Below the pieces are notes generated by a model. It had not been told where the DNA came from, did no database searches, and was given only the letters and a program-made list of their open reading frames with translations. The translations under genes and the position numbers were made by a program. Positions 19,301 through 28,347 of a stretch of DNA of 51,216 nt are shown piece by piece; the stretch's first letter is position 1, and every line of letters starts with the position of its first letter. Source of the DNA: an uncultured Alphaproteobacteria bacterium (GTDB taxonomy: Bacteria; Pseudomonadota; Alphaproteobacteria; RF32; CAG-239); NCBI GenBank assembly GCA_944390035.1, contig CALXOP010000113.1:1-51216 (forward strand), written 5' to 3'.

Positions 19301-20962
19301 GATTTGGTCATTCCATATCGGGAATTTTTTAGTCGGCGTTCCCCATTGCGGTGTGGTTTTGTGTTGGTCTTCTACCAAAAGCTGGGCGGCTTCGGCTCCA
19401 ATGTTAAAGGAAATCATTTGTGATTCACGCGTGGATTGCTCTATTTCTTCGGTTTTGCTGGCGTCGGTTAAGCCATTATTGCCTTTTGACTCCAGTTCCT
19501 TTTGAATAGATTGAAAACCATTGGCATCGTCAATATCAACATCCGTATCAATCTCGATGGTGCCCAAATCTTCAGGCTCCATGGGTGTGCTTTCTTCGGA
19601 TTTGGCTAACTCAAATGCTTTAATTGCCCAGCCGGACAGGCCTTGGCGCGCATCATAATCATTAACGGCGGCATCGGGCATTGTGCCTTTCCAAACGGTT
19701 TGCGGCGTTGAATAGTATCGCCCCAAATACTGCATAACACATTGGTCTGACGAATTGACGGCATCTATGGCTTTTTGGTGCAATTTTTGATATTGTTGAT
19801 AGCTCTTGAAAATTTCCTGATAGCTGTCCAGTGCTTGCATTAGATTATGGACATCCAATGCTGACTGCGCTTTTTCATAAATCGGTTCAATTTTATCTAA
19901 CTCTTGAATCTTTTCTTCATTACCGGCAAAAGGCGAATCGATATTGGGTTTGTTGGCTTCGCCAAAAGTGACATTGCCGTAAAGAGAGGGATTATAGACA
20001 TATTCTTCGTCATCTTCTTGTGTGGCCGTATTGGCTGAGGCTTGCGATGATTGGAGATTAAAATCGGCTTGCGTGATAAAACCTAATTGACCAAACATTA
20101 ATGTTTCACGGTGCGAAATAACACCTGATGAGGCCAATTTGACCGGCTCTTGAGTGAGGTTAAATGAGGTTTGCTCTTGAGCTGCCTTTTCTTTGGCTTC
20201 TCTTTCTGATTTGCTGACATAGGCTGCCGGCGTAATTTGGTTATGCAACAGAATTGCCGCCTCATATTGCAGTTTCATTGCCAAAGCTTCTTGCGTGATT
20301 TTCAAGATGCTGTCCATGGTCTCATAGGCATTGAAGGCATTTTTCCAAGCACCGTTTTCATCATCACCGCTTTCGGCGCCGTCTGCTCCCGTACTACCGC
20401 CGGCAAAAGTGGTTGAGAGTTTGTCAACCTCGGCGGTTAGGGTTTCCAGCTCTTCTTCCAACTTGCGGGAAGATGTATAAATTTCAATAACCGTATCTTC
20501 ATAAAACTCTTGTGCCTTTGCCTCATAAGCCTGACATTGCTCATATTCATCGGCACCTTTATTGCAATCAACCGGATAGGCTAAAAATAACTCATACAAG
20601 GCTTGTTTAACCGAATCGGCATCATAAATATCGGCAATTTTGGTTTCTTCGATTGTTTTGGCACCGGGCATGTCCTTTTTTTCTTTCTTTTGGAACAAGC
20701 CATTCATAAAGCCCGTAAACTTAGACATATATTCCTTTTTTGCGGCTTTTACGGCTGCCGTGGCATTGTTGGCATAAGTCTGAAGTTGAGCTGCAACGCC
20801 TTGTGCTGCTGCTGCAACATTTTGTGTGGTTCCGGCCACATCCGTCGGAGCATCGGCCGTCGGCGTAAACGGCCCCGGAGGTAACAAAAAGCCATAAGAA
20901 GAGATTGCCGACCCCACAATCAGCAAAGAAGAAAGAGCAATTATTTTGAAGAGTTTCAACAT
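16349..20962 (-). CDS. Giant secreted acidic coiled-coil protein (1537 aa), unknown function, at the position where VirB6/TrbL is normally encoded
   Basis: N-terminal signal peptide (IIALSSLLIVGSAISSYG). I see no further hydrophobic helix anywhere in the protein. There are long heptad-like Glu/Lys/Gln stretches. It sits tightly packed between the 458-aa gene and virB8. Confidence 0.7.
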   Translation of the reverse strand: MLKLFKIIALSSLLIVGSAISSYGFLLPPGPFTPTADAPTDVAGTTQNVAAAAQGVAAQLQTYANNATAAVKAAKKEYMSKFTGFMNGLFQKKEKKDMPGAKTIEETKIADIYDADSVKQALYELFLAYPVDCNKGADEYEQCQAYEAKAQEFYEDTVIEIYTSSRKLEEELETLTAEVDKLSTTFAGGSTGADGAESGDDENGAWKNAFNAYETMDSILKITQEALAMKLQYEAAILLHNQITPAAYVSKSEREAKEKAAQEQTSFNLTQEPVKLASSGVISHRETLMFGQLGFITQADFNLQSSQASANTATQEDDEEYVYNPSLYGNVTFGEANKPNIDSPFAGNEEKIQELDKIEPIYEKAQSALDVHNLMQALDSYQEIFKSYQQYQKLHQKAIDAVNSSDQCVMQYLGRYYSTPQTVWKGTMPDAAVNDYDARQGLSGWAIKAFELAKSEESTPMEPEDLGTIEIDTDVDIDDANGFQSIQKELESKGNNGLTDASKTEEIEQSTRESQMISFNIGAEAAQLLVEDQHKTTPQWGTPTKKFPIWNDQISFYNQYIGGKYGNIKDYLQQYDVTSIIVEIAYPLNDILTEDADERANNRAGLDSLSARLAQEDAASDPASVLESLEKNKDELLQKALNSKQSRLQSLESRKKSLQDKLDRASGLLADYSEQLNTAQQNKLKAQAGVDTQGKILQDQEDRQGDIEDNITKQSSVEYADETYEVTPETTKEVHSTEYQENTEQRMLFDTGEAISEYKDKMNKLNYQAKQQQVLEKQNLQPNNITSNPDGSVSLYPEDDTSIEAPAANEKKTLFRRRPFSENGNFAPGNGSKYALSRTLYFGAQYNTFDYNQEKAKLDAELDSKAEATMEYTTLETTDKVDEETQEAQTADYTDSTEKESEVLNLEDTEGMSLAKEEINQYQAEVEQNTELAASLKTQVDSKDQEVANLKKQLEQVEEQISAEEQNYISQVQQIEQAYNQKLEEAKKYIEEKRKAKETLDLVAYYQNKIGLPVADADGIIPPFSLLRILQTASGLTSDTKSYAVQLVDDTQNAIMNLGEDVYIGAYGDEIVKLHQDLMTKLKDLPVEGLQNFSSAVGAYAKTASIIKPLTSMFQKMLIEQACVDDACMQADDDYFVGSYGKARDFMAPKNSLQEYLPPLREVVHFDDVDHDNVTKTSNGGVSKEGLLNSGGKFPEIWKLILKNKAFVDKDIDLKTLLSEGNEAANFMRGGRYPCILDNYIIDLTNTDGTFRVYSTKVSDEWENWRQLPQCQEISLEGASGLLAQLKRYVTIKDKAEEVTASAKVLTAQEVGNTGSNSELGTLLKATDSGLFYNDAPETVFARLEKMAEEKQEGSSYTENMQDIVYEKAMLDHNQIGNFLTFVEQEISYRQALEEMKLSVDEAKAELFEKFEEIGFVPSADYDLAKQEDYDLTKETLNRYKNSLINEATEQLDSVNVMDNEVVQERVDKIKNIFTALRKDKEAYISLSDTTDSGSELDERIKTEEVNHQVTSEYKKKADEEFEKQLNSFPIPFCAAY

Positions 20963-20975
20963 TCTTTTTCTCCTT

Positions 20976-22352
20976 TTAGAGGCCTATTCCCAGGCTATCT
21001 GTTGCCGACTTAGCGGCAGACAAACCATCTTGTGCCGTACTTAGTCCGGATTTTGCGGCGCTTAAGCCAGATTTAGCTTTGCTAGCTAAATTGCTCAAAT
21101 TATCTTTACTGAAAAAGCTCGGTTTTTCATATTTATAGTCATCCAGATTAAACTGGGTTACATCTTTGTTTGGATTATTGAGTTTTCCGACTTTAATGCT
21201 GGCCAGGTCAGATGAACTTTTCATTTTCATCTCTTGGACCAATAATTTCGTATAATCCAAAAGGGCTTGCATATTTTGAACCTTTAATTGCGTATCAAGC
21301 ACAATTGCCGAACTTGAGCCTTCCATCATTGGAACATTTGAGGCCGTATCATCTGCTTTTTCACTATTGTCTCCTCTTTCGGCGCGCATTTTTAATGCTA
21401 ACGAGTAAGCACGTAAAATATCGGCCGTTTTGGTCTTTTGGCGATAATCTTCAACTTTTTTCAGATTTTCGGTGGTAAGTTGTTCTTTTTCCGGCACAAA
21501 GTTATTGGCAATGGTTTTGTTGAGAGCCTCTGCAGATTCATTTTTATCTCCAAACAGCGATTTAGCCGCGCTCAGGCCGTCTTTGGCCAGGCTCAAACTT
21601 TCTTGGGCGGCATCTTCTTGCAGGGTTTGAATTTGTTTATCAATATTGGCAACTTGCGCTTGATAAGCAGCCTGCTCTTTTTCTTCATTTGCTTCATATT
21701 CGGCTTGGAGCTTCTTTATTGCTTCATTATTGGCGGCGATTTTATCTTCCAAGGCCTCTTTTTGTGAGGGGTCTTGGGCTATCTGTTGTTGATAGACCGC
21801 ATTATTGTCTTGGTAGGATTTGACTTGTCCCTCATATTCGGTTTTGCGGGTTTCGGCCGCAGTGTTATACTCGGATTCAAGTGAACTCTTTTCATTTTTA
21901 AGGCTAAGTAATTGTTGTGCCGATTGCGTTTTTCCGGCTACGGACGAAGCCGTGGAAAGTGCTCCGCCGGCGACGTTGCCGACTGTTCCCGAGGCCGCAT
22001 TTGTTACATCGCCCACCGTACTGTTTACCTCACTTGTTATATCTCCAACAGTTGAGGTTACCGTGTTTTTGGCATCATTGATGGCGTTTTTGGTTTGATT
22101 AATACCTTCTTTGACGGCATCGGCTTGCTCTTTGAGCCATTTGGCGGTCTCAATTGCCCCTTTACCATAAGCTATCATGGTTTGAATTGTGGTGGATTCA
22201 TTAATGAGGGTTTGCGCTTGCTCTGCCCAACCACTTACCGTTCCTTGCACCTTATTAGCGGTGTTGGTTATATCAAATTTTATTCCGGCTTGGCTCGGAA
22301 GGCTAACTATTATCCCTAAGAGGCAACCCATAACAAAAACTATTTTTCTCAT
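20976..22352 (-). CDS. Secreted helical protein (458 aa), possible VirB5/TrbJ-like
   Basis: Signal peptide (..IVSLPSQAG). After the signal peptide comes IKFDITNTANKVQ, then long helical Ala/Gln/Glu sequence. Short repeats: TSEVNSTVGDVT / NAASGTVGNV and a C-terminal SGLSAAKSGLSTAQDGLSAAKSA. Its ATG overlaps the upstream TGA (ATGA at 22349-22352). Confidence 0.65.
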   Translation of the reverse strand: MRKIVFVMGCLLGIIVSLPSQAGIKFDITNTANKVQGTVSGWAEQAQTLINESTTIQTMIAYGKGAIETAKWLKEQADAVKEGINQTKNAINDAKNTVTSTVGDITSEVNSTVGDVTNAASGTVGNVAGGALSTASSVAGKTQSAQQLLSLKNEKSSLESEYNTAAETRKTEYEGQVKSYQDNNAVYQQQIAQDPSQKEALEDKIAANNEAIKKLQAEYEANEEKEQAAYQAQVANIDKQIQTLQEDAAQESLSLAKDGLSAAKSLFGDKNESAEALNKTIANNFVPEKEQLTTENLKKVEDYRQKTKTADILRAYSLALKMRAERGDNSEKADDTASNVPMMEGSSSAIVLDTQLKVQNMQALLDYTKLLVQEMKMKSSSDLASIKVGKLNNPNKDVTQFNLDDYKYEKPSFFSKDNLSNLASKAKSGLSAAKSGLSTAQDGLSAAKSATDSLGIGL

Positions 22353-23134
22353 GAGTCCTCCTCGGCATAAGTAAATTGTCTTGCCTGTTGAGTTGCATTA
22401 TATTCAAAAAGCATCGTGTTCATCAACATTATTTTGCGAAATCGTTTAGCCATCTCCATTGATTTGGCTTTGGTGCTTTGAATAATATCGCGGGTATTTT
22501 CCTTGTCTGTTTCTTCGGCTTCTTCTTTGGCCAGGTTTGCTCTGTCACTAAAAGCGACGGCATATAAGTTGGCAAAATTAGCACGTTGAATTTCGCTCAT
22601 TTTTTCTTCTTGTGCATTATAAATTTCGACCAAATCCGTTGTTTCTGAACTATCTGCATTATCAGCAGTTGATTGATTGCCCGAAGATGATGAGGTGCTT
22701 GTGTTGGATTTTGGGCGTTGCATTAAATAGTTTTTTTGAACTGCTGAGCTGAGTGCTTTGGCATCATTTAAATCTACCTTGGTGGCAAAACCCGGCATTG
22801 AGCTACCCAAAGTCTGGAGTGAACCTTCAGGATCATTGGCAAAATTTTGCACCGCATTTACCTTATCTGTCACGGCACTTATGTTATTGCTAATATCATT
22901 TTTAACCGAATTTACGGTATTGACAGCACTTTTGACCGTGCCCATAGCACCTTCGGCTGCAGAACGTATATCTTGCTGAATTTCGTTCAAATCTTGTTGA
23001 ATAGAGCGCGCTTCTTCCAAACCGGTTTTTATCGGACCTAAAACAGTTCCTTGTATGGCTTCAATATCCGCATAAGATATTTGCGGCCAAAATAGGCTAA
23101 GCGCCAGCAGAAAATATATTAACTGCTTTTTCAT
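22349..23134 (-). CDS. Secreted helical protein (261 aa), VirB5/TrbJ-like by size, signal peptide and position
   Basis: Signal peptide ending ISYA. It then reads DIEAIQGTVLGPIKTGLEEARSIQQDLNEIQQDI and is helical throughout. Its ATG overlaps the upstream TGA (23131-23134). The family assignment is an inference. Confidence 0.6.
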   Translation of the reverse strand: MKKQLIYFLLALSLFWPQISYADIEAIQGTVLGPIKTGLEEARSIQQDLNEIQQDIRSAAEGAMGTVKSAVNTVNSVKNDISNNISAVTDKVNAVQNFANDPEGSLQTLGSSMPGFATKVDLNDAKALSSAVQKNYLMQRPKSNTSTSSSSGNQSTADNADSSETTDLVEIYNAQEEKMSEIQRANFANLYAVAFSDRANLAKEEAEETDKENTRDIIQSTKAKSMEMAKRFRKIMLMNTMLFEYNATQQARQFTYAEEDS

Positions 23135-25362
23135 TCGCTTTCTCCGGTTTCACCAAGGCTCTCTGTCGTTAATCCGCCTAATTGCCCCAGCGCGGTTTGC
23201 GACAGCTGTGCGGCCTGCATTGTGATTAACTTATTAAGCAAAGTTTGGATTTCTTTATTGGTCTGCGCCAGTACTGCGCTATCGTCACGCGTGGTTGAGG
23301 CACTCCCTGCTTGCTCATCAAATGTATTTAAAACTTGGTCTTCATAATTGGCGGCTATATTCTTCATTTGCATACTTTCCGTAACCGTCGCAATTACATT
23401 TTCAGCCCCAATTTGAGTGATTTTGCTCTTACCTTCCGCCGCAACTTGACTATCTGAATCCGACTGATGGCGAATGAGTTTTTTCAGGCATTCTTCCATG
23501 AGGGTCGGATCTTCTAGTTTATCGACACCTATGTTACAATACTCAACCAAAGATGCCGGAATAATGGTTTCCTCATATTCACCATTGTTGATTACGCCAT
23601 CGGGAATATATTCTTCACTTTCGGCACCAAACATTAAGGTTTCCGAAGATTTATAAGTGGCAATTTTAACTGTTTTTGCAATATCCAAACTTGCTCCCTT
23701 ATCTAAAGTGAGGTTGTTTTTGATAATGGCTCTTTGACGGAAACTCTTAGAGGTATTTGCACGTGTGGTCGGCGCCGATATTGCCTTTTGCACCGAAGAA
23801 GTTGAGGTGCTTAGTGCTTTGACAGGCGCGCTTTGCAATACCTTATCCGTTGAGATTGACTTATTTTCAAGGCTCTTTGTTGACAAGGTTGATGTTGCAT
23901 TGGCTGAGGATGTGGCTTGTGTTGACACTGCCGGCTTAATTTGTGCGCTTGGTGTCGCTGTCGTCAGCGTTGATTTAGCAACCGGTGTAGATTGCACGCT
24001 CTCCGAGGTGGTTGTTTGTGACGTTTTGCCGCTTAGGGCTTTGTTTTGCCTAAAGGGACGACGGAAACTTTTGTTTGATTGAGCTTTTTGAGCTGTAGCG
24101 GCTTGAGTTGTATCTGTCGCGCTGACAGCGTCTGCTTCAGTCGCTGCTGAAGTTAAGGCTTGCGCGCCTTCTGCCGGTGCTTGAGCGACAGGGGCATTTT
24201 CCACTGTCGCAGATTGTGCTGGTGCTGTTGCTTCTTCGGCCATTGGTTGAGCTGTTCCTTCTGTCGTATTGTTAGACATAGAGCTATTTTTCTGCATATC
24301 ATTTGTCTTTGCGGTAGTTTGTGCTTTATTTTGTCTTAAAGCTTTGTTTTGCCTAAAGGGACGACGGAAACTTTTGTTTGATTGAGCTTTTTGAGCTGTA
24401 GCGGCTTGAGTTGTATCTGTTGCGCTGACAGCGTCTGCTTCAGTCGCTGCTGAAGTTAAGGCTTGCGCGCCTTCTGCCGGTGCTTGAGCGGCAGGGGCAT
24501 TTTCCACTGTCGCAGATTGTGTTGGTGCTGTTGCTTCTTCGGCCATTGGTTGAGCTGTTTCTTCTGCCGATTGGACAGCGGTCGTTGCTTCTTCGGCTAT
24601 CTGGTTTTGACTTGATTGCAAAGTAGCATTTTCATCTGCCGGTATGGTTTGCGGCACAGTTTCACCTGACATTACAGACTGTGTATTATCGTATATCTTA
24701 GCATCGGAGTTAATTCCGGCCTCATAAGCGGCAACATAGTCATCAACAAATGTATCTTGCGTATTGGGGGTTGAAGTCGTGTTGCCAGTGGCTTGGTTAA
24801 CATCAGAGCGGACATCGTTTACCTTATTTTGGACGGATGATACCTTCTCTTTAGCCAAATCTTTGGCGTCGTTTATGGTCCCTTTAGCCTCATTTACCGT
24901 TGCTTTGGCTTCTTCAACCTTTGATTTTGCTTCGTTTACTGTTGATTTTGCTTCTGCGACTTTTTCTTTAGCTTCTGCTATTTTTTTCTGCGCCTTTTCA
25001 TATTCTTCTTTGGCCTTTTGCGCTTTCTCTCTTGCTTCATCAATTTTGGCTTTGTTTTCTTCCAAACGCTTTTTGGCTTTTTCTAGCTTTTTGGCTTGTT
25101 CTTGAACTTTTTTCAGATTATCGCCGGCAAATTTTGACATTGATGATTTTGCATCACCAATGGTACTGTTCATTTTGCCGGCAAGCTGCGTGGTTTCTGT
25201 TACGATTTTTGATTGTTTGACCAGCTCTATTTTGGATGATATGCCTTCTTTGATAGCGGCAATATCCAGCGTCGGCCATTGGGCTTGGGCACTTGAGGTT
25301 ATGGTCATAGCGATTGCTATCCCTAAAAGGGATATTCTCTTTTTGTGCTGCATTATCTTCAT
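23131..25362 (-). CDS. Secreted repeat protein (~743 aa): VirB5-like N-terminus, Lys/Glu/Ala coiled coil, duplicated Ala/Thr/Gln-rich block
   Basis: The listed start 25386 is GTG. GGAGG lies 5 nt upstream of the ATG at 25362 (MKIMQHKKRISLLGIAIAMTITSSAQA). The mature protein starts QWPTLDIAAIKEGI... It follows virB4 directly. Confidence 0.7.
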   Translation of the reverse strand: MKIMQHKKRISLLGIAIAMTITSSAQAQWPTLDIAAIKEGISSKIELVKQSKIVTETTQLAGKMNSTIGDAKSSMSKFAGDNLKKVQEQAKKLEKAKKRLEENKAKIDEAREKAQKAKEEYEKAQKKIAEAKEKVAEAKSTVNEAKSKVEEAKATVNEAKGTINDAKDLAKEKVSSVQNKVNDVRSDVNQATGNTTSTPNTQDTFVDDYVAAYEAGINSDAKIYDNTQSVMSGETVPQTIPADENATLQSSQNQIAEEATTAVQSAEETAQPMAEEATAPTQSATVENAPAAQAPAEGAQALTSAATEADAVSATDTTQAATAQKAQSNKSFRRPFRQNKALRQNKAQTTAKTNDMQKNSSMSNNTTEGTAQPMAEEATAPAQSATVENAPVAQAPAEGAQALTSAATEADAVSATDTTQAATAQKAQSNKSFRRPFRQNKALSGKTSQTTTSESVQSTPVAKSTLTTATPSAQIKPAVSTQATSSANATSTLSTKSLENKSISTDKVLQSAPVKALSTSTSSVQKAISAPTTRANTSKSFRQRAIIKNNLTLDKGASLDIAKTVKIATYKSSETLMFGAESEEYIPDGVINNGEYEETIIPASLVEYCNIGVDKLEDPTLMEECLKKLIRHQSDSDSQVAAEGKSKITQIGAENVIATVTESMQMKNIAANYEDQVLNTFDEQAGSASTTRDDSAVLAQTNKEIQTLLNKLITMQAAQLSQTALGQLGGLTTESLGETGESE
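24038..24561 (-). repeat. Near-identical direct duplication (~220 bp copies, 303-bp period) inside the 751-aa gene
   Basis: GCTTTGTTTTGCCTAAAGGGACGACGGAAAC... starts at 24038 and again at 24341. Over about 220 bp only a few substitutions are visible. The encoded block is ..TAQPMAEEATAP.QSATVENAP.AQAPAEGAQALTSAATEADAVSATDTTQAATAQKAQSNKSFRRPFRQNKAL. Confidence 0.9.
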
Positions 25363-25442
25363 CATAACCTCCATACGACAAGTCACCGTATATTATCTAT
25401 AATACCAAATTTTCGGCCATTGATAAATGGCTATTATGCTCA

Positions 25443-27875
25443 TTACGCAATATTTAAATATTTTGTAACAAAGTTTTCTTCGCCATATTCCTTTATTAGC
25501 TCTTCTACCAACAAAACGTTCTTGCGGCCTGAGTTGTAGAGTTTCAAATATGGCCCTAAACCACTCAAATCTACATCCAAAATAACCGATTCACCCGTGG
25601 CCGGACGAGAAAGCAATATGGCATAAGGAAAATCGCGGTAGGTTTTACCAAAGATAAAATCGACCTCACGCTGGGTTAAATTCCAGTTGGCATAATCTTC
25701 CGGCATGGCTTGCGGGTTACGGAAGAAAATTACCGTTTGGCATTGACCGCGAATAACCTCGCCGACCCCTAATTTATCGATAATATTGGGTTGTTGGAAG
25801 GCGCATAAGTAAGCCTGACGTTTTTTACGGCCTTCTTGAAGACCGATAATAAAGTAATCTCTAAACATCGGGTGCTTTAACATCGGCGCCGTTTCATCAA
25901 TCATAATTAAGGACGGAACACCCGTGTCTCCGGTTTCGGACATAATTCGGTGCATAATATAGCTGATAACGGCCGGAGCCAAAGTTTCATCTTCAAAAAT
26001 ATGAGTAAAGTCAAATGCCATAAATCTTTTGCTGGCCAAGTCCAAGCTATCGTTTTCGGCATTGAAAATATTACCGTATTGATCGGGGTTGACCCAACGA
26101 AACAGTTCACGACGCATATTACCGGTCGGTGAAAAACAGCTCTTATAAAGATTTTTTAAAATCCGTTCCTCAGGTTTCAAATAGTCAAACGCCGTGGTGA
26201 CCGCGCGACCTATCTCTTTTTCGGACAAAGCATCATCAACCATGGTAATGGATTTGAGCCATCTTCTTAAAAAGGCACGGTTATTGGGCGTATTTTTGCA
26301 GTCAAACGGGTTGAGGGACACGTTCTTTTCATCGCCGTCAAAACCGACATATGCCCCTTGTATGGCGCGGGTGAAGATTTCTGCACCGCGGTGACGGTCA
26401 AAGAAGAATACCTTCAAATCATGGTGACGCATGGCTTGTCCGGCCAAAAATGTCAGCAAAGTGGTTTTACCTTGTCCGGTCGGACCAATAATACAACAGT
26501 GCGCAACGGCTGAATCTTCAGTTGAAACATGGAATTGAAAACGGTAAGCCGAGCCGGAGGTCGTCCGGAAAATGGAAATTGCGCCCGGACCCCAGTCACT
26601 TTTGGGCAAGCCTTCGGAAGGCTTATCAAAAGATATGGCCATGGCAACCACTCTTGATAAGTAGCGATAGGTTCTGGGATAAGCATCATAAGTCGGAAAT
26701 TGGTTGAAAAAGGCCGCTTGAGCCACCCAACCTTCTCGAACCGGCGTTACACTGAACAAACGACAAATTCTTTGAACTTCACTCTCTCCGAAATTGATTT
26801 CTTCCATGCTGTCGCCACGGAGAATAATATCCATTGCATATTCGGTCAGAGATTGATAATCGGCATCACTATCTTCAATTGCGGAGAGTGCCTCGGAATA
26901 TTGGCTGACAACATCGGGTGAAAAGCTCGTTACCGTTGCCATACGTTGTTGTTGCATTAATAATGCACGTGCCTGAGGTTTAAACATCGGTTTAATGTTG
27001 TGCAACAGTGTTAATTCGCAATCAATAGACAAGAGTGAGGCTATCATGCTCTCATCCATATAGTCGCCGGAGGTGCGAATGCCCATGACAATCTCATAGA
27101 GTTCTTTGTCGCCGGAGAAAAATTTGATAATGCCGTTTTCGCCGGTAAAATGAATATGGTCCGCAGTCAAGAGCTCATTGAGTTGATAACCGGTCGCCTC
27201 TCTGACTTTCGGCAGCGGTTTAGAAACCGGACTACAAATTTTGGAAAAGACATACAGCGGACTGTCCGTTGCCGCGCTGTCTTCCGTCTCAAACATAGGC
27301 TTAACACCATAGTCATTTAAGGTTGCCAAGAGTGATTGTGAGGCATAGTTTAGGTCTTTTAGCGCATCGGGACGGTCGGCAACCGACAAAATGATATAGT
27401 GTTTATTGCTATAAACCCTATCCAGATTATTGCGCCAGGTCATCGAAATTTGTTCCAGCAGTTGGTTACCGAAATCTCCACTGTCTTCTTCCATCGGAAT
27501 ACGTTCACGCAATGTCAAAACTCGGCAAATAATCTGCATATCCGACATCGAATCTATCCATGACTTGCGCGCTTCCATCATGGCCATATTCTTTTCTTCG
27601 GTCACAAAAGATAAATCTACCCCTTCAACCCGGAAAACACGCGCAAAAGAGCCATTATAGCAACGGATGGTGATGCCGTCTGCCATTAACTTATTGAAAG
27701 GCAAAAAGTCAACCACGCGGGACTCTTGCGGTTGCGGCAAGATGATGCGACCTAATTTGGTCGCCCATAATCCGGCAAAGGCCGCTGCAGACACAAATCC
27801 AATAGCGGCAACAATTACTTCTATGTTGGACAATCCTTGAACAAAGATTGTGAAAAAATCAAAATCAGGGCGCAA
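25443..27875 (-). CDS. virB4: Type IV secretion ATPase VirB4/TrbE
   Basis: 810 aa. Walker A IIGPTGQGKTTLLTFL. Walker B-like SLIMIDETAPML. The typical C-terminal ..QCQTVIFFRNPQA.. is present. The apparent TTG start overlaps the end of virB3. Confidence 0.9.
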   Translation of the reverse strand: MRPDFDFFTIFVQGLSNIEVIVAAIGFVSAAAFAGLWATKLGRIILPQPQESRVVDFLPFNKLMADGITIRCYNGSFARVFRVEGVDLSFVTEEKNMAMMEARKSWIDSMSDMQIICRVLTLRERIPMEEDSGDFGNQLLEQISMTWRNNLDRVYSNKHYIILSVADRPDALKDLNYASQSLLATLNDYGVKPMFETEDSAATDSPLYVFSKICSPVSKPLPKVREATGYQLNELLTADHIHFTGENGIIKFFSGDKELYEIVMGIRTSGDYMDESMIASLLSIDCELTLLHNIKPMFKPQARALLMQQQRMATVTSFSPDVVSQYSEALSAIEDSDADYQSLTEYAMDIILRGDSMEEINFGESEVQRICRLFSVTPVREGWVAQAAFFNQFPTYDAYPRTYRYLSRVVAMAISFDKPSEGLPKSDWGPGAISIFRTTSGSAYRFQFHVSTEDSAVAHCCIIGPTGQGKTTLLTFLAGQAMRHHDLKVFFFDRHRGAEIFTRAIQGAYVGFDGDEKNVSLNPFDCKNTPNNRAFLRRWLKSITMVDDALSEKEIGRAVTTAFDYLKPEERILKNLYKSCFSPTGNMRRELFRWVNPDQYGNIFNAENDSLDLASKRFMAFDFTHIFEDETLAPAVISYIMHRIMSETGDTGVPSLIMIDETAPMLKHPMFRDYFIIGLQEGRKKRQAYLCAFQQPNIIDKLGVGEVIRGQCQTVIFFRNPQAMPEDYANWNLTQREVDFIFGKTYRDFPYAILLSRPATGESVILDVDLSGLGPYLKLYNSGRKNVLLVEELIKEYGEENFVTKYLNIA

Positions 27876-28155
27876 ATTTATTCCCCTTTTCTTTATAAAG
27901 ATTGTTACTTATTCGACGGCATTGTCCGAAGGCTTGTATCATCGAAGAGATATGCGGTTCTTTATTGCCTAAAAAAATCATAAATATATGGCCCAAGGCA
28001 ATAGTTACCATAAAAATCAACGGATTGGACTTGAATACTCCCATGCACATAAACATTAACGGGAATTGTACACCAAGGTTTAACAGGGTCGGCAAAAACG
28101 GCCCCCACAAAATTTTGGGAGGATTGGCTACCGCTTTTAATATCATTTCTCTCAT
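27865..28155 (-). CDS. virB3: VirB3-family small membrane protein
   Basis: 96 aa. ..PPKILWGPFLPTLLNLGVQFPLMFMCMGV.. followed by a second hydrophobic helix. It lies immediately upstream of virB4 and overlaps it. Confidence 0.8.
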   Translation of the reverse strand: MREMILKAVANPPKILWGPFLPTLLNLGVQFPLMFMCMGVFKSNPLIFMVTIALGHIFMIFLGNKEPHISSMIQAFGQCRRISNNLYKEKGNKFAP

Positions 28156-28176
28156 GGCCGTTCCCTCTTTGTTTGG

Positions 28177-28204
28177 ATTCTAGCTCATTTTTATTTTGTT
28201 GCAA
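28177..28204 (-). promoter_or_regulatory. Candidate sigma70 promoter for virB3-virB4...
   Basis: The minus strand reads TTGCAA - 16 nt - TAGAAT, about 20 nt upstream of the AGAGGGA SD sequence and the virB3 ATG. Confidence 0.4.
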
Positions 28205-28314
28205 CATTGAGAGGAAAATTAACAACAAACATTTTCCAGAATCCGGTGCAAACTTTTCTTATTTTTAGTGTAGCTTTTTTTTATGAATATTCTATTAACA
28301 GCCATAGCGGACAA

Positions 28315-28344
28315 TAAAAAAAGGCACCATAAGGTGCCTTTTTT
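28315..28344 (-). terminator. Intrinsic terminator after the 1128-aa VirB2-domain gene
   Basis: Stem AGGCACC / GGTGCCT with loop ATAA. On the minus strand it is followed by a T8 run, beginning 4 nt after the stop at 28348. Confidence 0.7.
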
Positions 28345-28347
28345 ATT

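Noticed and set aside
16349-20962. The 1537-aa ORF as a VirB6/TrbL (or RvhB6-like) homolog, because of its position
   Set aside because: VirB6-family proteins are polytopic. By eye this protein has only an N-terminal signal peptide and is otherwise strongly hydrophilic and acidic.
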